From Thermostichus sp. DRC_bins_24 (lineage in GTDB: Bacteria > Cyanobacteriota > Cyanobacteriia > Thermostichales > Thermostichaceae), in NCBI GenBank assembly GCA_039794845.1, contig JAUQVK010000083.1, positions 1-38,366 of the forward strand: 38,366 nucleotides of DNA. Reading direction: 5' to 3'. This document shows, one piece after another, positions 17,360 through 26,810 of the stretch (position 1 is the stretch's first letter; each line of letters opens with the position of its first letter). The notes beneath the pieces are model-generated. The model was given only the letters and a program-made list of their open reading frames with translations, searched no databases and had not been told where the DNA came from. Both the position numbers and the translations under genes were made by a program.

Positions 17360-18109
17360 CTAGCCCGTGGCCAACAGCGAACCCAGCCACTGTTCCCGGA
17401 TTTGGGCGACCAACTCGCGGAGCGGCTGCGGATCGATGCGGTAGCTGATGGGATGGGCGATGAGCCGGGCCGTGCTCTCGAACAGGCAGTCCCGCTCCAC
17501 CAGGCCGTTTTCTTTGAGGGTGCGCCCCGTCGCCACCAAATCCACAATCGCATCCGCCATGCCGGTAATCGGTGCTAGCTCAACCGACCCATAGAGGGGG
17601 ATCACCTCCACCGGCAGATCCAGGCGGTCGAAGTACTCACGGGCACAGCCGACAAACTTGGACGCAACCCGGGCATGGGGGGGCAACTGGGCTGCGGAAC
17701 TGTAGGGGCTATCTTGGGGCAGCGCCACCGACATGCGACAGTAGCCAAACTTCAAATCCAACAGATGGGCTACCCGTGCTTCGGTACCGGCATAGCGCTC
17801 CCGCAACACATCGTAGCCGACAATGCCCAACTGGGCCTGACCGTACTCCACGTACACCGGCACATCGTGGGTGCGCACCAGCAGGGCCGCGTAGCGTTGT
17901 CCGTGCAAACGGGTGGGGGACTCGATCCGCAACAGACGGTTGCCGGGATCCAAAAAACGGCTGAAATCGATGCCCACCCGCTGAAAGCATTGGATGGCCT
18001 CCGGCAGAAGGGCCCCTTTGGCCAGGGCAATGGTGATCGGTCGATGGCCGGGATCCGAATCCAGATCCTCCGGCTCTGGAGCTGGCCTGTTGCCGGGAGC
18101 AAACAACAT
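17360..18109 (-). CDS. hisG: ATP phosphoribosyltransferase, short (HisZ-dependent) form
   Basis: [27 protein letters not shown] and [25 protein letters not shown], with no C-terminal regulatory domain. Start uncertain (18109 or 18118). Confidence 0.93.
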   Translation of the reverse strand: MLFAPGNRPAPEPEDLDSDPGHRPITIALAKGALLPEAIQCFQRVGIDFSRFLDPGNRLLRIESPTRLHGQRYAALLVRTHDVPVYVEYGQAQLGIVGYDVLRERYAGTEARVAHLLDLKFGYCRMSVALPQDSPYSSAAQLPPHARVASKFVGCAREYFDRLDLPVEVIPLYGSVELAPITGMADAIVDLVATGRTLKENGLVERDCLFESTARLIAHPISYRIDPQPLRELVAQIREQWLGSLLATG

Positions 18110-18360
18110 CGAAGTCAAGGGATCCCCTCTGCTGGGTAGGAAAGGCTCTCTGCAGGAGAGCAGGCGCTATTGATTTTAATCCTTGGGGGGACGCAGAAGG
18201 GGCGGGTTGACTCCGCGAAGATCACCCCAGTCAGATGAAAAGTTGGCGATGGAACGGATACGGAGACCCTTGAAAACTTTGCTCTATCCCGTAGGGGAGG
18301 GATCCCGATACTGGGGTGATAAAGTCAGAGCACGGTTAACCCCGAGGAGTAAACAACGGC

Positions 18361-19488
18361 ATGAAAGCCATGATCTTGGCAGCAGGCAAAGGCACACGGG
18401 TACGGCCCATCACCTACATGATGCCCAAGCCGATGATCCCGATTTTGCACAAGCCCGTAATGGAATTTCTGGTGGAGTTGCTACGAGAACACGGGTTTAA
18501 CCAGATCATGATCAACACCAGCCATCTGGCCCACCAGATCGAAGACTACTTTCGCGATGGGCAGCAGTGGGGGGTACAGATTGGCTTTTCCTTTGAGGGG
18601 CACTTCGAGAATGGCCAACCGGTGCCCCGAGCCCTCGGCTCCGCTGGCGGCATGCGCAAGATCCAGGATTTTTCCGGGTTCTTCGACAGCACCTTTGTCG
18701 TGCTCTGTGGAGATGCCCTGATCGACCTGAACCTGACGGAGGTGGTCAACTTCCACAAGGCCAAAGGGGCGCTGGCTACGGTGGTGCTGCGGCAGGTGGA
18801 TCCCAGCGAAGTCTCCAGTTACGGGGTGGTGATTACGGATGAGACGGGCCGGATTATCACCTTCCAAGAGAAACCCAGCCGAGAAGAGGCCCTGAGCAAC
18901 ACCATCAACACCGGCATCTACATTTTTGAGCCGGAGGTGTTTCAATACATTCCCCCTGCTTGTCCCTACGATATTGGCGGCGACCTGTTCCCGAACCTGG
19001 TGAAAGCCGGTGCCCCTTTCTACGGGGTAACTGCCGATTTTCAGTGGGTGGATATCGGCCGAACTCCCGACTACTGGTTGGCGGTGCAAAAGGTGCTGCG
19101 GGGCGAGATCAAGGGGGTACAGGTGCCGGGTTTCCAGATTCAGCCGGGGGTCTGGACCGGGATCAACATCCGCGCCAACTGGGATCGCCTCCACATTGAG
19201 CCGCCCGTTTACATTGGGGCCAGCAGCCATCTGGCGGACGGGGTGAAGCTGATCGGTCCAACGGCGATTGGCTACGGGTGTGTGTTGAATGAAGGGTGTA
19301 CGCTGGATGGCAGCTTGATTTTTAACTACACCCAGATTGCGGCAGGGATCACCCTACGCCACCAAATGGTGATGGGGCGGTATTGCATTTCTTCCGATGG
19401 CAATGCGATCGATACCGAAGAATCCAACCTCACCTGGCTGATCGGCGATGCCCGGACCGGCACCAATGGCAACAAAATGTCTGTCTGA
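18361..19488 (+). CDS. cugP: NDP-sugar pyrophosphorylase, cyanobacterial UDP-glucose pyrophosphorylase type
   Basis: MKAMILAAGKGTRVRPIT..PKPMIPIL, LGSAGG, VLCGDALID and a C-terminal beta-helix. Confidence 0.8.
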   Translation: MKAMILAAGKGTRVRPITYMMPKPMIPILHKPVMEFLVELLREHGFNQIMINTSHLAHQIEDYFRDGQQWGVQIGFSFEGHFENGQPVPRALGSAGGMRKIQDFSGFFDSTFVVLCGDALIDLNLTEVVNFHKAKGALATVVLRQVDPSEVSSYGVVITDETGRIITFQEKPSREEALSNTINTGIYIFEPEVFQYIPPACPYDIGGDLFPNLVKAGAPFYGVTADFQWVDIGRTPDYWLAVQKVLRGEIKGVQVPGFQIQPGVWTGINIRANWDRLHIEPPVYIGASSHLADGVKLIGPTAIGYGCVLNEGCTLDGSLIFNYTQIAAGITLRHQMVMGRYCISSDGNAIDTEESNLTWLIGDARTGTNGNKMSV

Positions 19489-19557
19489 GGGTTGAAAAGT
19501 TCTCGGATTCCTCTGTCTCTGCATTCTATTCCTGCCTCCCTTGCCCCCTGAGTACCC

Positions 19558-20286
19558 ATGAGCCCCCTCTATCTTTACGGGATCGTTGCTGCCCCTGGCC
19601 CGCGCCACTTGAGTGTGGTGGGCTTGGACAAGCAGCCGGTACACATCCATCTGCTGGGATCCCTGGCCTTCGTTTATTCACAGGCCCAACAGGAGCGCTA
19701 CCTGGCCAGCCGGGCCAATTTGCTTGCCCACGAAGCGGTGCTGGAAAAGGTGATGAACGAGGGGCACCATGCCCTGTTGCCTTTGCAATTTGGCCTGGTG
19801 GTGAACAGCTGGGAGCAGGTGGAACGAGATTTGGTGGAGCCGCGCCTGGCGGATCTGTTGGCTTTGCTCGAGCGCCTAGAGGGGAAACGGGAGGTGGGGG
19901 TGAAGGTCTTCTGGGATCCCGAGCAAGAGTTGCAACTGGGCTTGGCGGAAAACCCGGCCTTGAAAGCCCAGCGGGATGAGATGGCGGGAGCCCCCCTGGG
20001 GTTGGATGCGGTGGTGCAAATCGGGCGAGCCTTGGAACAACTTCTGGAGCGACGGCGGGAGCAGATTGCCCAATCGTTCACGAAAGCCCTCAGTCCCCTG
20101 GCCAGCGACCGCGTGGAGGGAGAGTTGCTCACCGAAAACATGGCCTACAACGGCTCGTTTTTGATCAACTGGGAGGACGAGCCCACCTTTGCCCAAAAAG
20201 TGGAGGAGCTGGATCAGGCCTTTCAGGGGCGGCTGCGCATTCGCTACAACAACTTCACCGCTCCCTACAATTTTGTCAAGCTCTAG
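19558..20286 (+). CDS. gvpF: GvpF/GvpL family gas vesicle protein
   Basis: LYLYGI, GLDKQPV, ERYLASR.NLLAHE.VLE, LLPLQFG and IRYNNFTAPYNF. Confidence 0.85.
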   Translation: MSPLYLYGIVAAPGPRHLSVVGLDKQPVHIHLLGSLAFVYSQAQQERYLASRANLLAHEAVLEKVMNEGHHALLPLQFGLVVNSWEQVERDLVEPRLADLLALLERLEGKREVGVKVFWDPEQELQLGLAENPALKAQRDEMAGAPLGLDAVVQIGRALEQLLERRREQIAQSFTKALSPLASDRVEGELLTENMAYNGSFLINWEDEPTFAQKVEELDQAFQGRLRIRYNNFTAPYNFVKL

Positions 20287-20318
20287 TTGTGAAGCTCTAG
20301 CCCTGTCAGGAGGTCTTC

Positions 20319-20705
20319 TCAGGCCAAGCCGTAGCGGGCCAAAAACCGCGGCAGATCCACCACAAAGCAGCCATAGGATCCCTGCATGACAAGCCGCTCC
20401 TGCTGCCGGATCTGCACCTGAAACGCAATGCGCCGTCCTTCCACACCGACCACCTCCACCCGCACCTGCAAGGGATCCCCCACCACCGCCGCCGCCTGAT
20501 GCTCTAGGGCAAAGCGGATCCCGACGGCGGCTTCGTTGGCTTCGTAGAAGGGCTGTAGGGTGGTGTGGCTGCAGCGCTCGATCAAGGTCAGTAGAGCCGG
20601 GGATCCGATCACCTTCACCCCCCGGTTACCCAGGGCTTCCGCCGTGTGTTCCGGCCCCAGGATCCCTTGCCAAGTGCCCGTGGTACCGAGAGGAAGGGGT
20701 TTCAT
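20319..20705 (-). CDS. Hot-dog fold thioesterase (fluoroacetyl-CoA thioesterase FlK-like)
   Basis: EHTAEALGN..V.VIGSPALLTLIE and VG....LEH.AA..VG. ATG at 20705 overlaps the upstream stop (ATGA). Confidence 0.82.
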   Translation of the reverse strand: MKPLPLGTTGTWQGILGPEHTAEALGNRGVKVIGSPALLTLIERCSHTTLQPFYEANEAAVGIRFALEHQAAAVVGDPLQVRVEVVGVEGRRIAFQVQIRQQERLVMQGSYGCFVVDLPRFLARYGLA

Positions 20706-22210
20706 CCCGGTTGCCGCAGCCGCAGTTGTTGCCAGACACTCCACCCCTGCCAGAGCAAAAGCAGCAGCAGCCCAGCGCCGCCGATCCCCCCCAGCACCAA
20801 AGCCCGTTCGACGCGGGTGGCGTAGAAGCCGGTCACCGTCCAATCGCGGCTGAGGCTGGCCGTGAGCATGGCGATCACCGTCAGGCACAGCCCCTTGGCC
20901 CCCAGCAACCCCACTTGCTTGGAGACCACCGGCTCCAAGGCCGCCAACACCAGGGCCGTCATCAGGGCCCCCAGGAGAAAGGCAGCCTGGGGTTGGGCAT
21001 GAATCAGGTAGCCCACCCCCAAAGGCAGGGCCAAACTGGCCAAGGTCAACCCCAGTCCAATCGTCAGGGGCTTGTCTCGTCCGTACAGCCAGCCGATCAG
21101 CCCCGCCAGCAACACCGCGGCAATGCCCAGGTACAAAGCGGCAGAGACATAGGCCTGGGTGAGGTCGATGCCGGCAACCTGCAGGTTGAACTGGTGCAAC
21201 AGATTTTGCAGCAGGGGTCGGGCTGCCAAAAACAGTGCCGCCATTGCCCCCCAACGGCTGGGAAAGGCCAAGCACCCCAACCCCAGCAGCGCCGCCCCGT
21301 AGGATCCCCCCAAGCGCAAGGCCAACAAGGCCCCACCCCCTACCATCACCAAGCCCAGACAGGCCCGCCAGAGCAGTAGCCCTCTCGGCTCAGGTTCTGA
21401 GGTTGGCTCCACAGAATCGGCGGCTCCCATTTCCTGAGCTCCCTCCAGCAGCGACAAGCCCCAGGAGACCAGCCCCCCAACCCCAAAGAGCAAGGCCAAA
21501 AAGAGATCCTGATATAGCCCGTTGCGAGCCAATACCAGTGCCAACGTGGTAGCCACCAGCCAGCCCACCCCATGCCCCAAAGCGGAGAGTAGCCCCGGTT
21601 GAATGGGAGTTTGCTCCCGGTCAGGAGCTGCCAACACCGGCACCGTGCCCGCCACCAAACTGAGCGCCGCCAACCCGACGGGCAACAGCAAGGGTCCAGG
21701 CCAATCCTGCTGGGATCCCATTTCCATCAGCCGGGATCCCCAGGTTAAGGCTGCGATCCCGATCCACCCCTGGCTCATGGCCAACAGCAAAGGCACCGCT
21801 TCTGCGGTCGTCATCCGCCACAACAACGGGATCCCCACCACACCCATTCCCACGCCGCATCCCCACAGCAATAGCAACAAGTCGAAAGATCCCCCTTCTA
21901 GGGCTTGCCAGGTGGCCCCGCTGAGCAACAGCACCACCAACCCCTGCCCTGCCCGCCCACACCCGCTCAAGCCTACCAACCCACACCCGATCAGGCCCCC
22001 CACCAGCACAGCAACGCTGACGGGCAGTTGCCCCAGCCCCAACCCCAGCGCCAGCAGGGCATTCAGTCCCATCACCAGTCCCAAATCCCAGCGACGGATC
22101 CCTGCCCAACGATGGTGGCGGATCCCTGCTCGCCGGCTCCTGGCGAGCCCGTCCAACAGCAAAATCACCAGGCCAATCGCAGCGGCAATGGCCAAAATTC
22201 CTGTTACCAT
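20702..22210 (-). CDS. Multi-pass membrane protein (~16-17 TM), probable degenerate membrane-pyrophosphatase-fold protein
   Basis: ATG at 22210 follows a GGAGG RBS. About 502 aa, nearly all hydrophobic helices with short loops. Helix motifs resemble HppA (see findings). The CDS itself is confident; the fold call is tentative. Confidence 0.6.
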   Translation of the reverse strand: MVTGILAIAAAIGLVILLLDGLARSRRAGIRHHRWAGIRRWDLGLVMGLNALLALGLGLGQLPVSVAVLVGGLIGCGLVGLSGCGRAGQGLVVLLLSGATWQALEGGSFDLLLLLWGCGVGMGVVGIPLLWRMTTAEAVPLLLAMSQGWIGIAALTWGSRLMEMGSQQDWPGPLLLPVGLAALSLVAGTVPVLAAPDREQTPIQPGLLSALGHGVGWLVATTLALVLARNGLYQDLFLALLFGVGGLVSWGLSLLEGAQEMGAADSVEPTSEPEPRGLLLWRACLGLVMVGGGALLALRLGGSYGAALLGLGCLAFPSRWGAMAALFLAARPLLQNLLHQFNLQVAGIDLTQAYVSAALYLGIAAVLLAGLIGWLYGRDKPLTIGLGLTLASLALPLGVGYLIHAQPQAAFLLGALMTALVLAALEPVVSKQVGLLGAKGLCLTVIAMLTASLSRDWTVTGFYATRVERALVLGGIGGAGLLLLLLWQGWSVWQQLRLRQPG

Positions 22211-22333
22211 TTCCCCCTCCTTGCCGACCCTTACCCAACTATCGCCTATGGCAAACAAAGGGTTTACCGGTCAGCCCAAGAACACCCAGGGGGCAGCGAA
22301 GATAAGCTGTAGGAAGGCGGCTACTGTGCGTTC

Positions 22334-24433
22334 ATGTCTCCAGAGCATTACAAATTTGATCTCTTCTTGCGCTATCACCGGGCTCAAGCCCGTTGGGCAC
22401 GGCAACTGGCGGAGCGGCTGGATCGGGAGGGCTTCAAGGTTTGGTTTGACCAGTGGATGCTGCAACCGGGGGATGACCGCAGGCTGGAGCTGCAACTGGC
22501 GATTGAACAGTGCCGCTGGATTGCGCTGGTGGTTTCGCCCGAATTTGTCGGGAATCCCTGGCCGAAAGACGAACTCTATAGCGGCTTTCCCCATGCTCCA
22601 GCTCGGCAAAACCAGCGGTTGCTCGCCTTGCTGCACACCCCTGTGGAGCTGCCCCGACCGATCGAGCAATCGGAACTGTTTGACTTCACCGGCTCGGAAG
22701 AGGATGCGGTGCTGTTCGAGTACCGCGCCCTGCAGTTGATGCATTTTTTGGATCCCAGCTTTGCCCCACCTGGGGATCTGCAGCGGTTCCGGCTGCAATA
22801 CCGCCGCTCAGAGCCGGTGGAAGACGAGGAAGTGCGCGGCTTTCAGGGCTTTTTGCGGGCCATCCAAGCGGCGATTGTCCGCATTGCCAGCGGGGAAACC
22901 CCCTCCGCCACCCCCGAAGAAGGGATCCGCCAGATCGCCATTTTGCAATTCATTCAGCGCCTCTTTCAGTGGAATAGCGCCGACATTCAATTTGAGCGCG
23001 GCGAGGACTGGCGCAAACGGGGCAACCTGACGGAGGCTTTGGCCGCCTACGACCGCGCCCTAAACATGGATCCCAACTTTGCCCTGGCCTGGAGCCGTCG
23101 CGGGGATGTGCTGGTGGGCTTGGCCCGTTACCGCGAGGCGGTAGACAGCTACAACGGCTCCCTCACCATCAACCCCTACGACGAGGAGACTCGGCTCAGC
23201 CTGGCACTGATTCTCGGCCGTTTGGGGCAGTACAAATCGGCGGTGGTCAACTACGACAAGGTGCTGGAAAGCAACCCAGAAGATGCCCTTGCCTGGCACA
23301 ACCGTGGCATTCGCCTGCTGCAACTGAAACGACCGAAGCTGGCGCTGAACAGCCTCAACAAAGCCCTGCGCTACAGCCCAAAACAGCCGCGCACTTGGTT
23401 GGCGCGGGGGATCGTGCTGCGACGCTTGCGCCGGCCCAGTTCGGCGGCGGCCAGTTTTGCCCGGGTTCTGAAGATCAACCCCAAAAGTGCGCGGGTGTGG
23501 CGCTACCAAGGCAATGCCCTGTTGCGCTGCAATCGGCTACGCTCGGCCATCGAGTGTTACAAGCGCTCTTTGCGGCTGCGCCGACGGGATCCGGTGACCC
23601 TGCACAACTTGGGAATAGCCCTGCTGCGGCTGGGGCAATATCGGCTGGCCAGCGATGCCCTGGAACGGGCCCTGCGCTACGATGCCGACAACCCCAAAAG
23701 CTGGTATGCCCGCGGCGTTGCCTTTCAAAAGTTGGGTTACCTGAAGGAAGCCTGCATCCACTTTGAAGAGGCCCTGAAAATCGACCCAGAGCATTTTCCG
23801 GCCCGCTATGCCCTGGCCATCGCCTGCCAGGAACTGGGCCAACATGAGGTGAGCCTGGGGCATTTTGAGCGTCTGCTCCAGCAACGTTCCCGCAGCTTTG
23901 CCTGTTGGCTGGGGCGCATCACCAGCTTGCGGCGGTTGGGTCGGCTGGACCAAGCCCGCAGTGCCTGTCAGCAGATGATCCGCCTCAACGAACGGGATCC
24001 CCTCGGCTGGTTTGCCCTGGGGCTGACCTACGCCGATCTGGGGGATGCGGAAAAAGCGGTGCAAGCCTACTCACGGGTTTTGCAGCTGACTCCCGAAGAT
24101 GCCGTGGCCCTGAACAACCGCGCCTGGGAAGCCCTGAAATTGGAGAAACTGGAATCCGCCCTCGCGGATGCCGAACAAGCCCTCCAACTGGATCCAGGTC
24201 GCCCCAGCTTTTGGCATACCCTGGGATCCATTCAACACAAAATGGGGCAGATAGAATCGGCCCAAGCCAGCTGGCAACGCTGCCTGGAGCTGGATCCGCA
24301 GTTTCAACCGGCCAAAACGGCCCTAGAGACGTTGAAGCACAAGGACGCCCTCCCGCCGGCGCCCACGGCGTTGCCAGAATTGGACAGCCTCAAGCCGGAG
24401 CCAGAACCGCAGCCGGTGGATCATGGCTCCTGA
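22334..24433 (+). CDS. TIR domain plus multiple TPR repeat protein
   Basis: N-terminal FDLFLRYH..WA..LAERL..GFKVWFD..L.PGD..VVSPEF...PWPKDEL, followed by about 13 TPR-like repeats (e.g. EALAAYDRALNMDPNFALAW). Confidence 0.9.
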   Translation: MSPEHYKFDLFLRYHRAQARWARQLAERLDREGFKVWFDQWMLQPGDDRRLELQLAIEQCRWIALVVSPEFVGNPWPKDELYSGFPHAPARQNQRLLALLHTPVELPRPIEQSELFDFTGSEEDAVLFEYRALQLMHFLDPSFAPPGDLQRFRLQYRRSEPVEDEEVRGFQGFLRAIQAAIVRIASGETPSATPEEGIRQIAILQFIQRLFQWNSADIQFERGEDWRKRGNLTEALAAYDRALNMDPNFALAWSRRGDVLVGLARYREAVDSYNGSLTINPYDEETRLSLALILGRLGQYKSAVVNYDKVLESNPEDALAWHNRGIRLLQLKRPKLALNSLNKALRYSPKQPRTWLARGIVLRRLRRPSSAAASFARVLKINPKSARVWRYQGNALLRCNRLRSAIECYKRSLRLRRRDPVTLHNLGIALLRLGQYRLASDALERALRYDADNPKSWYARGVAFQKLGYLKEACIHFEEALKIDPEHFPARYALAIACQELGQHEVSLGHFERLLQQRSRSFACWLGRITSLRRLGRLDQARSACQQMIRLNERDPLGWFALGLTYADLGDAEKAVQAYSRVLQLTPEDAVALNNRAWEALKLEKLESALADAEQALQLDPGRPSFWHTLGSIQHKMGQIESAQASWQRCLELDPQFQPAKTALETLKHKDALPPAPTALPELDSLKPEPEPQPVDHGS

Positions 24434-24463
24434 CCTTCATAACGGGGATCCGGGCAGAAGAAC

Positions 24464-25618
24464 ATGTCAAACTGGATCCCACCCCCCAAAACAGCCGCGA
24501 TGGATCCCCGTCTGATTCCCGTCAAGCTGCCCAGCAGCCAATACGACATTCTTATCCATGCCCCCGAAGGCCCCAGCGGTTACAGCCTGCGGCAACTGGG
24601 ATCCCAGATGCGGACCAGAGGTCTAGCGGGCAAGGCGCTGGTGGTGAGCCACCCCTTAATTGCCAAGCACTTTGCGGAAGGGGTGATGCAAGGGCTGCAG
24701 GAAGCGGGCTTTGTGGCCCAACTGTGTTTGCTCCCCGCCGGCGAACGCTTCAAAACGCCACGCTCGATTGCCAAAATTCACGATGCCGCCCTAGCCTTTG
24801 GTCTGGAGCGCTCCTCCAGCCTCATCGCCCTAGGGGGTGGGGTGATCGGAGATATGGCGGGCTTTGCGGCGGCCACCTGGCTGCGGGGGATTCCCTTCGT
24901 GCAGGTGCCCACGTCGCTATTGGCGATGGTGGATGCTTCCATTGGCGGCAAAACCGGAGTTAACCACCCGCAAGGGAAGAACTTGATCGGGGCCTTTCAC
25001 CAGCCGCGCCTGGTGTGGATCGACCCAACGGTGCTGAAAACCTTGCCAAGACGGGAATTTGTTTCGGCCTTGGCGGAGGTGATCAAATACGGGGTGATTC
25101 AGGCTGCCGATGTGTTCGAGTTTCTGGAAGATCGCCCCAAGCTGAGCCGTTATGACGACTTTGCCCCCGCCGATTTGCATCACCTGCTGGTGCGCTCTGC
25201 GGAGTGTAAAGCGCTGGTGGTGCAACAGGATGAAAAAGAAGGGGGATTGCGGGCCATTCTCAACTACGGCCATACCCTCGGCCATGCCCTCGAAAGTGTT
25301 ACCCACTATCGCCGCTACTTGCATGGGGAAGCCGTAGCCGTAGGCATGGTGGCAGCCGGAGAGATTGCCCGGCGTTTGGGGTGGTGGAGCGCAGGGGAGG
25401 CCCAACGGCAGCGACAACTGATTGAAAAAACCGGTTTGCCCAGCCAATGGCCTTCGGGGATCCCTTGGGAGGCGGTGTTGCAGGCAATGCAGGCGGATAA
25501 AAAGGTCAAGCAAGGGCAGATTCGCTTTGTTTTGCCCCGCCAGATTGGTCATGCGGAGCTAACCGACCAAGTGGGTTTGGAGCTGGTTCAGGCGGTAGTG
25601 GAATCGATCACGCTCTGA
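24464..25618 (+). CDS. aroB: 3-dehydroquinate synthase
   Basis: ALGGGVIGDMAGFAAATWLRG, PTSLLAMVDASIGGKTGVN, LNYGHTLGHALE and HGEAV. Confidence 0.97.
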   Translation: MSNWIPPPKTAAMDPRLIPVKLPSSQYDILIHAPEGPSGYSLRQLGSQMRTRGLAGKALVVSHPLIAKHFAEGVMQGLQEAGFVAQLCLLPAGERFKTPRSIAKIHDAALAFGLERSSSLIALGGGVIGDMAGFAAATWLRGIPFVQVPTSLLAMVDASIGGKTGVNHPQGKNLIGAFHQPRLVWIDPTVLKTLPRREFVSALAEVIKYGVIQAADVFEFLEDRPKLSRYDDFAPADLHHLLVRSAECKALVVQQDEKEGGLRAILNYGHTLGHALESVTHYRRYLHGEAVAVGMVAAGEIARRLGWWSAGEAQRQRQLIEKTGLPSQWPSGIPWEAVLQAMQADKKVKQGQIRFVLPRQIGHAELTDQVGLELVQAVVESITL

Positions 25619-25724
25619 GTTCCCTAAGGAGCTTAAAATAAGAAGCCTGTAGCTTTTCGGTGGGGTTTGGCTTCAGATCCGGATCAACCCACCGCCAACC
25701 AGGGGCAAATTGGGGATCCAAAGC

Positions 25725-26747
25725 ATGGGACGGCAACAACGGGTGGCCATTTTGGGGGCGACAGGGGCAGTCGGGGCAGAGTTGTTGACTCTGCTGGAGG
25801 AGCGAAGCTTCCCTTTGGCGGATCTAAAGCTCTTGGCCTCCCCCCGTTCTGCGGGCACCCATCTGACCTTTAAGGGGGAGCGGATCCCGGTGGAGCCGGT
25901 TTCAGAGGCGGCCTTTCGGGGCATGGATTTGGTGTTGGCTTCCGCGGGGGCCGGTGTGTCCAAAACCTGGGCTAGCGCCATTGTGGAGGCGGGCGCCGTG
26001 ATGGTGGATAACTCCAGCGCTTTTCGCCTGGATCCCGCCGTGCCTTTGGTGGTACCGGAGGTGAACCCACAGGAGGCCTTTCGCCATCAGGGCATTATCG
26101 CCAACCCCAACTGCACCACCATCTTGATGTGTGTGGCCATTTACCCCTTGCACCGGCACATTCCGATTCGACGGGTGGTGGCAGCCACCTATCAATCCGC
26201 CAGTGGGGCTGGGGCCCGTGCCATGCAGGAGTTGGAGGAGCAAACCCGCGCCTACCTACAGGGTCAGCCGTTGCAACCGCAGGTATTTCCCTACCCGATC
26301 GCCTTCAACCTCTTCCCCCACAACAGCCCCTTGCAAGAGAACGGCTACTGCCAAGAAGAAATGAAAATGGTGAACGAGTCGCGCAAAATTATGGGATCCC
26401 CCAACCTGCGCCTGACCGCCACCTGTGTGCGAGTCCCCTTGATGCGCACCCATGCCGAAGCCCTGAATCTGGAGTTCGAGCAGCCTTTCCCGGTGGAACA
26501 AGCCCGTCACATCCTGTCCAACGCACCGGGGGTCATTCTTCTAGAAGACTGGCAGCAAAATCGCTTCCCCATGCCCATTGACGTCAGTGGCAAAGACGAT
26601 GTGGCGGTAGGTCGTATCCGGCAGGATATCTCCGAGCCCAACGGCCTGGAACTGTGGCTGTGTGGGGATCAAATCCGCAAAGGGGCGGCCTTGAATGCCG
26701 TTCAAATTGCCGAGCTGTTATCGATGCCTCAGCCCGTAACGGTCTAG
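25725..26747 (+). CDS. asd: Aspartate-semialdehyde dehydrogenase
   Basis: GATGAVG, DNSSAFR, ANPNCTT, YQSASGAG and DQIRKGAALNAVQIAE. Confidence 0.97.
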   Translation: MGRQQRVAILGATGAVGAELLTLLEERSFPLADLKLLASPRSAGTHLTFKGERIPVEPVSEAAFRGMDLVLASAGAGVSKTWASAIVEAGAVMVDNSSAFRLDPAVPLVVPEVNPQEAFRHQGIIANPNCTTILMCVAIYPLHRHIPIRRVVAATYQSASGAGARAMQELEEQTRAYLQGQPLQPQVFPYPIAFNLFPHNSPLQENGYCQEEMKMVNESRKIMGSPNLRLTATCVRVPLMRTHAEALNLEFEQPFPVEQARHILSNAPGVILLEDWQQNRFPMPIDVSGKDDVAVGRIRQDISEPNGLELWLCGDQIRKGAALNAVQIAELLSMPQPVTV

Positions 26748-26810
26748 GCCGATCTCGGCAAGTCCTTCTGGGGATAGGATCCCTGGAGAATGCTGTGGGA
26801 GGGCGAGAAC

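Noticed and set aside
17200..17553. N-terminal extension of the psbO ORF (382 aa)
   Set aside because: Overlaps hisG in another frame. The canonical MRYR start is at 17199.
20706..21275. 318-aa ORF suggesting a long thioesterase fusion
   Set aside because: The upstream part is an alternate frame of the membrane protein gene. The real start is the ATGA-coupled ATG at 20705.
21603..22739. 378-aa Pro/Ser/Asn-rich ORF, plus other long overlapping ORFs such as 23905-24963 and 33031-33885
   Set aside because: Antisense or alternate-frame shadows of real genes in GC-rich DNA, with no recognisable motifs.
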